A DNA stretch of 64,000 nt from Antedon mediterranea (Eukaryota > Animalia > Echinodermata): assembly GCF_964355755.1 (NCBI RefSeq), contig NC_092674.1, positions 12,400,001-12,464,000 of the forward strand, given 5' to 3'. Below the pieces are notes generated by a model that had not been told where the DNA came from, made no database searches, and worked only from the letters and a program-made list of their open reading frames with translations. Shown here piece after piece: positions 1 through 12,592 of the stretch. Both the position numbers and the translations under genes were made by a program. Numbering within the stretch: the stretch's first letter is position 1; every line of letters begins with the position of its first letter.

Positions 1-2600
1 GAGAACATACACTGATCATAGATTAGTCAAGACAACCTTAACACTACAATGGTATAAATGAAATAGTTACGCTAAGAAAACCAAACAAATAGATGTGTCA
101 AAACTTCAAGCACAACAAAACAGACAAACATATCAAAGAGAGATGTATACAATCGGTAAACATCCAGGACCTGGAACCACAAGAGGAATGGACCAAATTA
201 ACGACAGTCTTTCAGAATGTAGCATTGGAAGTGGTTGGCCACCGGAAAGCAAAGTCTAAATCAAACAATAAATATATACAAGAGTTATCGAAGAAGCAGA
301 AACAGTTGAGGTGCGACATAAATTCATCAAATGACAAATCAAAGAAAACAAAACGAAAGAAAGAAATCAAATCATAAAGAATATTCATACTGAACTTAAT
401 AAAGAAAAAGAAGACACACTAAAAGAAAAGATAGCTGAAATTGAAAAATTCAAAGATGACTCAACAAGAATGTACCAAGCAGTAAAAAACCTAAAACTTA
501 ACGAAAATAAAAGACTTGTGGTAGAAACAGAGTTCGGTATAACAACAAACGAAGAAGAGCAGGTAGAAATAATTAGCAATTTCTTTGAAAACGTCTATCA
601 CAAATCACAAGAAAAACCTATAAACGAAAACATTAAACCTATTGAAATGAAGTCTCCCTTTACAAGTGATGAAGTTGCCAAAGCAGCGAAATGCTTAAAA
701 AATAATAAAAGCCCAGGAAGTGACCAAGTATACTCTGAAATGGTAAAATATGCACCTATAGAAGTTTTTAACCATATAGCAGAAATATATAACCAAAAAG
801 CTAAAACAGGAAACATACCTAAAGAAATCAACGAAGGCATATTGCATCCAATACCGAAACCAGGCAAGAAAAAAGCTCCACCAAAAAACATCCGACCCAT
901 CATCCTTCTGTCGGTTCTTAGGAAAATGCTAGCAATATGCTTACTAAATAGGATAAACGGCAGATTAGATGAACATTTCACAGGCCGCGTATCGCAGAGG
1001 ACGAGGCACTACCGAACATGTACATACATGCAAAATGTTAGCAGAAAAGGCAATTGCGTCATCTAACTACGAAATAATATTACTACTACTTGACATGACC
1101 AGTGCATTTGACACTGTGCGGAGGAATACTCTATTCGACATACTGACACATATATTACAAGATGATGAACTACACATGTTGAAAGTTTTGATAAACAATG
1201 TAAAATTAAGCGTTCGAATTGGAAAACAGACAGGAAAATTGTTTACTACTACACTAGGAGTACCACAAGGTGACTGTGTGTCTCCGATACTGTTCACACT
1301 ATACCTAAGGCACTCGAATAAGCAAACACAACACCACTGCCCCTACAACAGCTTAATATCCAGATGCAGTATGCAGATTTATTTATTTATTTATTTGTTC
1401 TTTCTTTAAACTGAAATACACTTTCAATACAAATGTACTGATTTCCAAAGTGGTTCAGTAAACATATTTACAACAAAAATAAAATATAAAAGAAAAACAA
1501 AAAGAAAGAAAACAGATATAAAACTATTTACAATTGTGAAGGCAAAAAGGTTAATACATATATGATTTCTATAGTGAAGATTTAAAAGTTGCCAAAGACA
1601 TATTATGGAGTTCTGATTTTATGTTATTTGGTAGAGAATTCCATAATTTAGTTGATCTATAAACAAAAGTTCTTTTACCCTGAGAGTTATTCCATAACGG
1701 AATAGATAAATCATTATTACTTTGGGAGCGAGTGCATTTATTATGGTTATCTACAGTAAATTGAAATAATATTGTTAAGTATCTTGGAGCTATTTCTTTT
1801 AAACATTTAAATAGCATTATAAGAATATTTCCATTCCATTTTTCTGTAAGTCTACTCCATCCAAGAGTATTTAAGATATCATTAATAGGAGTATACATGT
1901 CTACTGATGACATTTCATTTATTAGCGACTCAAAAAGAACACATAACTTAAATAAAGAAAAAAGTAACAGAGAAATTAGCAGAATTCAATCTAAAGATAA
2001 ACGAAAGTAAAACAGAAGAATACCTAATAGGAAGAAACACCGATAGTAAATGGGAAGAATGCAAATACCTCGGTAGAAACTTGGACACAGAAAAAGACAT
2101 TAAAAGAAGAAAATCACTAGCAGCTATGGCATATAACAAGCTGAAGTCGTCGCTAGAACACAAAACGATGTCTATAGACGTGAAATCCCGTTTGTTTGAC
2201 GCTTACATAGCAAGTATTTTCTTATATAACAGTGAACTCTGGGTACTATACAAAAAATTACAAGAGAGTATAGATATTATATCACAGGAATATGTTGCGA
2301 AAGATGATAGATATTAAATTAACAGATAGAGTATGTAACACAAAAATATACGAGATAACAAAACAAGAAGAATGGAGTAAAAGAATTAAACGAAGGAGAC
2401 TAAAATGGTATGGACACATATCAAATCAACAAACAATGAAGGAAACTAACAGGAAAGTAAAACGAGCCGTAGGAAGACCAAGAAATAACTGGATGAATCA
2501 AATAAAGAAAGACTTACAAGGACTAGTAGACACTAACACAATAACAAACCATCCTGCCATAAACAGAAAAAATGGAAACAAATTGTGGAAAGCGTAATGT
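1..2600 (+). mobile_element. Degenerate RTE/RTEX-type non-LTR retrotransposon (RT region, frameshifted)
   Basis: Consecutive ORF fragments carry LKNNKSPGSD, NIRPIILLS, LLLLDMTSAFDTV and GVPQGDCVSPILF, a YAD|D split by an insertion, then KYLG, FLYNSELW, RRLKWYGHI and GRPRNNW (RTE-type C-terminus). Confidence 0.85.
1379..1905 (-). mobile_element. 5'-truncated CR1/L2-type LINE 3' end nested in the RTE
   Basis: Minus ORF has LGW..L, APRYL, TRSQ and RTFVYRSTKLWNSLP. A (TAAA)n tail lies at about 1379-1395, and GAT flanks both sides (1376-1378, 1906-1908). Confidence 0.8.
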
Positions 2601-2630
2601 CGGAAGACGGAAAACGTTAACAACATTGTA

Positions 2631-3466
2631 ATTTGCATATTTCATATAACTTGTACTACTAATTGTCATACTTTAGAGGTGCTTGACATTTATAATTACT
2701 AAACGGTCCTATACTGGCTATATAAAACTTGTATCCAAGTCATTTGAGGCCAAAACAAGGTCTGTACATACATTTTAGTTGCATTATATGCAAATATTAA
2801 GAAATAGGGTCGATGGTCAAATGTCATACTTCTGATAATTAAATAATAACATGTTTCATTAGAGCGAATATAAATATGTACATTCTGAATAAGGCCTTGA
2901 CAAAATCAGCTCTCTATCATTGGTTTTCGAGATATGGGAAGACTGTAATTTCACTCCCTTATTTGCATATTTCATGTAATTTGTACTACTAATTAGCATA
3001 ATTTCGAAATGCGTGACAGAGGCGTGATTTAAGGAATTACAAAGCGGTCCTATGCTGACGATAGGAAACCTGTATCCGAGTCATTTGAGTGCAAAACAAA
3101 GTCTCTACAGACATTTTAGTCGCATTATGTATGCAAACATTGAGAAATGGGGTCGAGGGTCAAATTTTTTACTTCCAGTCATTTTTTTGTAAAATGTTTC
3201 ATTAGAGCAAATATAAATATATACATTTTTAATAAATCAGTGAAAAAATCAACTCTCTCGGACTAGTAGTTTTTTAGATATGATAACCCTGTAATTTCAA
3301 CCTAATTTGCATATTTAGGCTAATTTGCATACCATCGGGTTGAGTGACAGAGGTGTGATGTTCAAATCTTGATCTCCTCATCATATGTGACCATTTAAAA
3401 AAGAAAAATCTCTGTTTGCAATTTGTTTCACTTTGGGCTGTTTTTTTAGCTAGATTGACTAGCCTA
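2631..3466. repeat. DNA-transposon-like terminal fragment with about 330-bp internal tandem repeat (possibly Academ-like end)
   Basis: ATTTGCATATTT-led units start at about 2631, 2961 and 3305. The fragment ends in GCTAGATTGACTAGCCTA (TAG terminus on the minus strand). The family call is inference. Confidence 0.4.
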
Positions 3467-4274
3467 ATACTGCAAATAAAAGTGTGTATCCTCTAAGAGA
3501 CTAATGAAAAGACAGAATTTTTATTCTAAGGCTCTGTCTACATTATCCAACTTTATGTGAAAAGGAAATGTGATGTGCCCATATATGGACACAATGATAT
3601 CACTTCTCTACCATATTTGGGTATATCACTATCATATTTGGATGAATTGGTGGCGCTCTACTGTAGCGACACGGCCTTTTCAATTGCTCTGTGTCGATGT
3701 ACAACCTTTTGGCTGTTTTGGCTAGTTTTAGTTATATATTTTGTGTTGAGGTTTGGTGAACAATGTATAAAGTTATTATTTTATGGAACTATGCTAGGTT
3801 TGGTGTTTTAACTGTTTTAATATGGAGTATTAAGGAGAGCGTAGGTGCTAACAGGGAGGGGCGGTCATTGCTAACGTACAGTCAGAGAATTTCTCTTAAG
3901 TAGACGTGGCTCAAATACGACACATTCCTTTGCAACAGGTGCGTGTTCAAACATTAACAAAACAAAGAAAAGAAATCGAGGCCAAAAAGGAGGCGTTAGA
4001 GTTCGATTAAAGAAATTAAAGAATAAAACTCCACTGCCAACAGTTGATTTTGGTAATGCACAGAGTATAAGAAACAAAGTATATGAACTGAGAGCGAACG
4101 TAAAGTTCTTAAACGTTTTTCGCGAGTCGAGCATGATTTGTTTGTTAGAAACATGGCTAACGGATAATGATCCAGATTCCTCAGTTGATCTTGACGATTA
4201 TACATTGATTAGAATGGATAGAAATGAAAATTCAGGTAAAAACAAACGAGGTGGTGTGTGTGCTTATGTAAGTG

Positions 4275-4368
4275 AACAAGGCCAACAGCCGTAAGTCGCG
4301 TGCTAAAACGCATAGTGATACCGGGCCGACAGACAGACCGACAGACCGACCGACATATTGAACTATAG
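4275..4368 (-). mobile_element. Helentron-associated element (HINE/DINE-1-like) 3' fragment
   Basis: Reverse complement of the 3' end of the element at 61596-62366, with a (GACC/GACA)n microsatellite, AGTCGCGTG and a GGCC hairpin. It interrupts the LINE endonuclease region. Confidence 0.6.
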
Positions 4369-5638
4369 AAAAAATATTGCAAGCCATCGCATATCACTGT
4401 AAGGAGTGAAGTATGTACATTGTAAGGACATTGAATTGCTTGCGATTGATATGCGGCCATATTACCTCCCAAGGGAGATACATCAAGTGAAGGTATTTTT
4501 GGTCTATATCTCACCATCAACAGACATTATTATAGTAGCAAGCACAGTATATGATCTCATTTCTGAAGCAGAAAATATTTCACCTGAAGCAGCTAAATTC
4601 ATCATGGGGGATTTCAACTCATGTTTATTAAAAGAATATCTACCTACATACCAGCAATATGTTGATTATCCAACTCGCAACAATACGTGTATCGACCTTT
4701 TTTTATGGAAATGTTGATGGTGCATACAAGTGTAAAGCTATGGCGGGTCTTGGCAAATCTGACCACAATATGATCAGCCTCATTCTAATATATAAAACCC
4801 GTCTTCGTGATAAACCCTCAAAGAAAATAAAGGTAAAACGTTGGACTGAGGATGCCAGTGGGCCGCTTAAAGGGTGTTTTGAATGCACAAACTGGGATGT
4901 ATTAACGGAAAATGCAGAAAATTTGAGCAAAGCGACCCTCGTTGTATCCGAATACGTAAGATTCTGTGAGGAAATGATAATACCTGTATCAAGAATTAAA
5001 GTTTTTTCTAATAAAAAACCTTGGGTGTCCAAAAAACTCCTTAAAATGGATATGAAAGGATTTTAAAATTTCACAACAATGACTTTGTTTGAATCCTTTT
5101 AATGTTAATAAACAGCACACAAAAAATTAGATTAAAATACCTAGTAGAACTTGAGAAATAAACAAATTAAATGTTTGTATAAAACGTCCGCAAAATGGCC
5201 GACCAACTGGCACGCCATCTTAATTTTTATGAACGTTCTATACGCACGTACGAGATTGTCAAGTTTAGAGTTTGAAACACCCGGGATTGTAGCCACGGCA
5301 GCAGTCGTTTTGTGATTGGTTAATGCATTTTAATACAGTCCAATCACCGCCTTGCCTCGTTAGCGGACTGTGTGGTGTATACAAAATAAACAAACCCATC
5401 CTACACGAGACTCACGTGTTGCAAGCTCCCTGTTGCTGCAGTCGTAGAAAATATCGATATTTCACAAATCAATATAAAGTTATGTCTGCAAAGATTGTAC
5501 GTGAAAAGAAGAAAGGGTGTATTTGTACATCTCACACTAAACCACTCACGCAGACTACAAAGTAGGCTAGGTCTAGTAGACTATAGTTTCTTTTAAATTC
5601 GCTAGTACTATACTAGGCTAGGCCTACACATGGAGTTA

Positions 5639-5813
5639 TGCACTTGTCAATTGTATGACCCACTATACAACCCCCGGACGGACATTGACACACCTTGTTC
5701 ATTGATGTGACGTACCATCTAGGTTTTTTGACGCACCCCTGCGTCAGTAATTATTTGTAAATGACGCACCTCTCCCGGGGGTCGTATAGTGGGTCATACA
5801 ATTGACAAGTGCA
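5639..5813. mobile_element. 175-bp MITE with about 38-bp TIRs and TTA TSD
   Basis: TGCACTTGTCAATTGTATGACCCACTATAC... is inverted to ...GTATAGTGGGTCATACAATTGACAAGTGCA, with TTA on both sides. Confidence 0.85.
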
Positions 5814-6071
5814 TTACTCCATGGCCTACATACAGTACAAGAGAGTAGTAGTCGCCAGTCCACCGACGAACCTCCAGGAAGTGGACAAGGTGCGGGCGTA
5901 GACGTATGTAAAAGGCGACGTAAATAAGAAAGGTAAGCTTGTGTTGAACTTGTTTTTGGCTCTGACTTTTGTTATTGACTAATATAGTAATATAATAGTA
6001 CTAATAATTAAAGTAGAGCAGAGGTGAGTCAGAGAGGATTATTATAGTTTAGTTAGTAACTGTACTGTAAT

Positions 6072-6315
6072 GAAATGAAAATGAAAATGTGTGAACTATT
6101 TTAAAACGGGATAGATGATAATGATGATCCTGTCAAGTGTATAACAAAATATAAGAAAATTAATGAAAAAAGGAGTAATACAGAATTCATATATGTAAAA
6201 ATGTTACTTATGAACTGTAACGACATTTACAAGTTAAATAATACGATTTTATGTAATATGAGATAACATGAATGTGAATAAAAGTGGTGTTTGCGCCACA
6301 AAAGAGAAAAAAAAA
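6072..6315 (-). mobile_element. Short retroposed 3'-UTR fragment with 17-bp TSD
   Basis: AGTAACTGTACTGTAAT occurs at 6055-6071 and 6316-6332. A (TGAAA)n simple-repeat tail is at the left end. Confidence 0.55.
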
Positions 6316-7727
6316 AGTAACTGTACTGTAATTAAATAATAACCTCTTTCTGTTTGTTACCAAGTCATAAATATAATACTATAGGGCCTAGGTAGGATTG
6401 AATAAAAATAATAGTACATTGCCATCCATTTATTGGTCTTATCTTTGCAGATTTATGGAATCAACAGTACATGAGATGGCTTTGAAGAACTGTAATACAA
6501 TTGTAAACATCAACAAATTATATGGCAGAAATAGTGTGTGGAATGAATTTTATTGAACAAATGTATCGAAATGAGTTTGGAACAAGCAGGATTTTTCAAA
6601 CAGGACATAAATTACTTTTGAGACCTGAGTGATACATTTTAATTCTATCAACACCAGCCAGCTCCACCATATTCAAGAGATGGATTCTTTCATAAATGTC
6701 CATTGTACATAGTATTCGGCTAAATAAATAAAAAAAGAAGTACAGTAGTGGTTTATTTGTTTATATACCCAGACCCATTTAGATGGTTAAAAACAAACAC
6801 TATATGATACACTGCTACTAGTGTACTGTCTGGTAGTACATTACCATAGTTACAGTATGACTGTAACCATAGCATTCACGTCTAAAGCATTCTTTTATGT
6901 ATATTTTACTATTCTTCATAAATATTTAGTTCTGTAATTGTAATTGTCTAAGCTCATTCTATACTTGGTCTCTTAGTATACTGTATATGTATCGTGTAAC
7001 CATGATCCAAGTAGCATCTATTATAAAGTACGCTGGGCATCTTTCTATTCACCTGAAAAAAGGAAAATGAATAAGCACATGTTTATCTGCCCTCAAAACA
7101 AAATAATAATTTATTATAATGTATTATGTAGGTTTGATCAACAGTTTAAAATAGCAATGCTCAGTATCTGTTACCTTAATATTATAATTTTACTCTAACA
7201 TTTGCGCTTCCATTCCAATCAATAAATACATTTGCTTATCCCGTCCATCAATTATCAAAGTTGCACTCCAGTTATAGACCTGTAGGAAGGTAAAAATACA
7301 AACGAATTGTTTATTTATACTGTATTAATAATATATGATACAAGCTCAAATACCCCTAACTAGGCCTGGCCTGTTATACCCTTTATTACTACACTAGAGA
7401 AAATCCTCTATTCATTGTATTGGGAATCTTAATAATATTTAGTATTCAGTGTTGCCTAGCCTAGGCATGTATTAATAACAAAAACATATTTTAATAATGC
7501 GTTAATCAGAAACGAAGACTACAGCACACAACAGTATTAATAAACGTACTTATAAATAATGTGTATATACATAATACAGTAACACAATTGATTGTGCCTA
7601 CCATTAACACCCTCAACGATACATCAAGGAGCATACGCTCTCAGCTCACCTCTGGCCGGGCGACTACACACCGTATCCAGCAGTCATCACTACTAAAAAA
7701 GCCTAGCTAGCTCCTCCATGCTCCAGG

Positions 7728-10491
7728 TATGGAAAGCCAAACCCGCCAAAAATACATAATACATACCATCCACCAATAATTAATTCGTACAAAATTCAAA
7801 CCATCCAATATTATCTCATGCAGTTCAATGAAAACTTAAACCATTCACCTAGTATCTACACCATCCAATACAATGTGTGACCATCTACCACTAGCCCAAA
7901 CGACAATACGCCGAACAAACTACCCATAACACAAACCATCTAAAGAATGTTGAGCCCAGGCAGCAATAATTGAATTAATCTAACGTTAATACAAGTATAT
8001 ATTAGCCAACTCATTTATCAACATTTCATGTAGTTCATGAACATTTCAAACAAAGCATCTTAATTTTAGTTCATCGAATTATAATTCTAATTCATTGCCT
8101 GTTTTATACACCGTTCGTCTGTTCAACAGTTGAAACAACTGTTTTGCACACGATACGCCCGTTCGTGAGTTCAAACCATGATATTTGAAGCATCGACTTT
8201 CCAAACAGCGATTTTTCGCACCGAACGTATTTTCTTGAGTTAAAGTGGTTGCATTTCAATCACTTGCTTTTGATTGGCCAGTATTACACACCGTTCGCTT
8301 GTTCGTGATTTCAAACCATGATATTTGAAGCATCGACTTTCCAAATGGCGATTTTTCGCACCGAACGTATTTTCTTGAGTTAAAGTGGTTGCATTTCAAT
8401 CACCTACTTTCGATTGGCCAGTATTACACACCATTCGCTTGTTCGTGATTTCATGTGATAACATTTCATTCGACAATTTTTCAAACGTTAGTTTTTGACT
8501 CCGCTTACGTATATGTCAGTTGATATACTATTTTTTAATTTTCATACTTTCCATAGTCAGTTTTGTACATCATTCGCATTTACGCATGTAAAGTGTAGAT
8601 ATTCCACTCGACAAGTTTTAAAACGGTAGTTTTTTTTTTATTGTTTAATTGTAACTGTTGGCGCCGATTTTATATTGGGGGGGAGGGGGAGGTGTTCGGT
8701 ACTGAATTTGAACAGTACACATTTTTAAATATGGTACCTCTACACGTTGGGTTATTTAATGCATGATGAATAACAAAATAATTATGATTTAATAACAATA
8801 CACATGTTTTTATTTAATCCATGATAAATATTCGTAAAATATGTTTATTCGGATATTTATTAATTACGTCTCCACTATAGTCTATAAAACATAATGAATG
8901 TCATTATTTCAAAAAAATAGGCCTACCCCGTAAACAAATGGAAGCTTCTCAACAACAGTTAATTTATGCATCATAGAGAGCACAGAGCAGAAAATGGCTC
9001 TAGACCGGCCTCATCTAGCAGCCGCCGCACACGCCCGCCGCGTAGGGAGGGGAGAGAGAAGCACGACACCAGCTCTCTCTCTCCTCTGTCTCTCCCCCAC
9101 AGGCGGGCGAGGTGGGTGTTACCCAGGGAACATTTTCGCCAGTGTAGCGTAGCAAAAAGCTATAAAAAACAACCTTATTGCTACACATTTTGAAAATTGT
9201 GTAGCAAAAAATACAATACAAAACTATGTTTCTCGACTTAAAAATCAGTTTGATTAGCAATATTGCTAAACAAAATTTTAAAATGAAAATTTTCCCTGTT
9301 ACCCCGGGCCTAGTTGTGGGGCGTAAAATTGTAACAGGCCCACAAGCTAAATTATATTATTTCATTCTGTTTTTTTTCCATTATTTAAGTTTGTGATAAT
9401 GTGTGTAACCAGGGAGATGTAAAATAAATTTATAAATTAGTTTACATCTCCCTGACCTGTGTGTGTAACGTAGGCCTAGGCCTAAGTAAGTGTCATACAG
9501 TCGTAAAGTTGACATTCATCCCCCGCCCCTCAATATTAAATCGGCGCCAACAGTTACAATTTAACAATAAAACAATAAATGTGCGAAAAACTACCGTTTA
9601 AAACTTGTCGAGTGGAATATCTACACTTTACATGCGTAAATGCGAATGATGTACAAAACTGACTATGGAAAGTATGAAAATTAAAAAATAGTATATCAAC
9701 TGACATATACGTAAGCAGAGTCAAAAACTAACGTTTGAAAAATTGTCGAATGAAATGTTATCACATGAAATCACGAACAAGCGAACGGTGTGTAATACTG
9801 GCCAATCGAAAGTAGGTGATTGAAATGCAACCACTTTAACTCAAGAAAATACGTTCGGTGCGAAAAATCGCCATTTGGAAAGTCGATGCTTCAAATATCA
9901 TGGTTTGAAATCACGAACAAGCGAACGGTGTGTAATACTGGCCAATCAAAAGCAAGTGATTGAAATGCAACCACTTTAACTCAAGAAAATACGTTCGGTG
10001 CGAAAAATCGCTGTTTGGAAAGTCGATGCTTCAAATATCATGGTTTGAACTCACGAACGGGCGTATCGTGTGCAAAACAGTTGTTTCAACTGTTGAACAG
10101 ACGAACGGTGTATAAAACAGGCAATGAATTAGAATTATAATTCGATGAACTAAAATTAAGATGCTTTGTTTGAAATGTTCATGAACTACATGAAATGTTG
10201 ATAAATGAGTTGGCTAATATATACTTGTATTAACGTTAGATTAATTCAATTATTGCTGCCTGGGCTCAACATTCTTTAGATGGTTTGTGTTATGGGTAGT
10301 TTGTTCGGCGTATTGTCGTTTGGGCTAGTGGTAGATGGTCACACATTGTATTGGATGGTGTAGATACTAGGTGAATGGTTTAAGTTTTCATTGAACTGCA
10401 TGAGATAATATTGGATGGTTTGAATTTTGTACGAATTAATTATTGGTGGATGGTATGTATTATGTATTTTTGGCGGGTTTGGCTTTCCATA
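7728..10491. mobile_element. Non-autonomous IS3EU-like DNA transposon with about 950-bp TIRs
   Basis: Near-perfect inverted repeats at 7728-~8680 and ~9530-10491, with TATGG...CCATA termini and a 6-bp TSD TCCAGG (7722-7727, 10492-10497). Each arm contains a 140-bp tandem repeat. Confidence 0.8.
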
Positions 10492-12296
10492 TCCAGGCCA
10501 TGGCATTTTCAAACCATGGCATTTTCAAACCATTTACTCGTCCAACCGTTTCTTCAAAACGATGTTAACACCCGTGTTAACAAGACGATGTGGACGAATT
10601 TCCATCAATTTCAGTTAATTACAACGAAATAATAATAAAATGAATGTTTCAATAATACGTGTATAATAAAAATAGCGAAATAAACATCGCTCGCGAGAGA
10701 GGGTCGAGAGAGAGCCAAGGTGATTGACTCTGTGATTCTTACGCATGCGCAAAATAACTCCGTGTACCCAGCAAGATATGAATTTCGTGAAAGGTGGCCT
10801 TGAAAAACGAAATTAAAATCCGTTTTCAAAAAAACATGGTTGATAATATGAATTAATTTTATTCGATTATTAGCTAACATACTTTTCCAAGAATAAAAAT
10901 ATCAAAGCGATAAGTAAAATACTACCATGCTTTTGCATCAATCAATGATTTACGCCTAAATTCCTTTCTCTGTAATACAAAAATAACTTTTAGTGACGTC
11001 ACAAAAAGTTTTTCACAGGTTTCCCAGGGGCGTTTTGAGGGCGTTGTCGTCCTTCAAAACATTAAGTATGACTATGGCAAGCTTAAAACTGAATGATCTA
11101 CACGTTGAGCCAATAAAATGATATTGCTAGGAACTCTTTCATATCCATTTTAATGAGAAAAAGAAATGTTTTTTATGACGGATAGAAAGAGAAGCGGAAA
11201 GATATATAGAAGAAATCAATTTGCATATCCTCCAAACAAGTGTGTTGAGGATGCAGTGCTTCTACTCATTAGTAATGTTTCTGAGCACTTAGAGAAAACA
11301 GGTTGCTTTGCAAGAATTCTTTTTGTTGATTTCTCAAGTGCATTCAATAATATTCAACCATATGTTCTGGCTAACAAGCTTATCAATTTAGATGTTAACC
11401 CATTGATTATAAAATGGCTACTGAGAACAGCACGTTAAGCTAAATTACACGTTGTCCTCGTTGTTTAATGTTAACACGGGTGTTCCACAAGGTTGTCGCC
11501 TTATCAATATACACAAATGATTGTAAGTCAAATAATACAAAAACTGATATTATTAAATATGCAGACGATTGGTTATCTGAATTCAAAATTCAATGACGGG
11601 CTTCTTAGACAGTATTCATATTTTTCACGAATGGTGTAAAGATAATTTTTTAGATCTAAATGTGAATAAAACTAAAGAGATGGTTTTTGATTTTCAGAAG
11701 ATAAATTACCTTCTCAAGACCCAAACCAATTTGGAGACAGTTTTGGAAGTTAAAACTTACAAATATTTAGGGGTTGAATTTGATAATGAACTTAAATGTG
11801 ATGCAAATAGTAGGTGCATATACAATACATTACAAACACGTCTCTTCTTCTTTCTACGCAAATTAAACTCTTTCAAGATTGACCGTACTATAGTACAACT
11901 TTTTTATACTTCTATCTTAAACAGTGTACTTAGTTTTTGCCTAATATGTTATTATGGTAATTCACGTTTTAAAGATAGACTTTTACTTAATAAAACAGTT
12001 AAACAAGGCAGTAGAATAGTAGGCTCTGAACAAATTCAACCTAAAGTTTTATATAAGGAATTAGTAAATAAAAAATAAAAAATTATTTTAAAAGACCACG
12101 CTCACCCTATGCACTATAAATTTAACAAAAGTCAACGTAGTGACAGACTCCTTCAAAGAAAAATTAAAACAAATAGATATGGTAATTCATTCGTCCCTGC
12201 TGCAACACGATATTATAATGAATGACATGCGCTAGTTTTATTTATTAGTAGCATTTTAATCGACATTAGGATTTTATATTTATATTTTGTATATAA

Positions 12297-12592
12297 TATA
12301 ATAATAATATCCTGGATTTATACAGCGCCTAATGTTGTGAAACCTCTAAGCGCTGAACATTATTACCCCAGTCATTTTCCTGATCAAACACCAATGGAAA
12401 CATACTCCCATAATGCAGCTAGTAATCAAGTTGTGTCTTGATCATCTAACCGGGTTCCCAATTATACACCTGGGTGGAGAGAGGCAAACGTAAGTAAAGT
12501 ATCTTGCCGAAGGATACAAGCAATGCAGCGAGACATCGAACCTCGATCTCACGATCAGTAGTCGAACGTCCAACACACTGCGCCAAACGCCC
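12297..12592 (-). mobile_element. tRNA-derived SINE
   Basis: The minus strand begins GGGCGTTTGGCGCAGTGTG and has a B-box-like GGTTCGATGTC, a central GGCAAGATACTTTAC...CTCTCCACCCAGGTGTA block, an L2-like GCGCTGTATAAAT end and an (ATT)n tail. Confidence 0.7.

Larger units (their letters stand above)
5045..11149. mobile_element. Non-autonomous Kolobok-like DNA transposon
   Basis: TTAA TSD at 5041-5044 and 11150-11153. A perfect 14-bp TIR (AATGGATATGAAAG / CTTTCATATCCATT) has RR termini. Removing the element restores the LINE frame KPWVSKKLL-NEKKKCF. Confidence 0.8.

Noticed and set aside
8160-8450. 140-bp repeats as a CRISPR-like array
   Set aside because: They are contiguous tandem units without unique spacers, mirrored in the opposite TIR, in a eukaryotic context with no cas genes.
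8966-9260. Overlapping short ORFs in the GC-rich spacer of the foldback element
   Set aside because: They are compositionally driven and contain no recognisable motifs.
7728-10491. Polinton/Maverick, given the long TIRs and 6-bp TSD
   Set aside because: The termini are TATGG rather than the AG-type Polinton ends, and there are no polymerase, integrase or capsid remnants.
5045-11149. piggyBac, given the TTAA TSD
   Set aside because: The termini are AA..TT, not the CC..GG typical of piggyBac, which fits Kolobok better.
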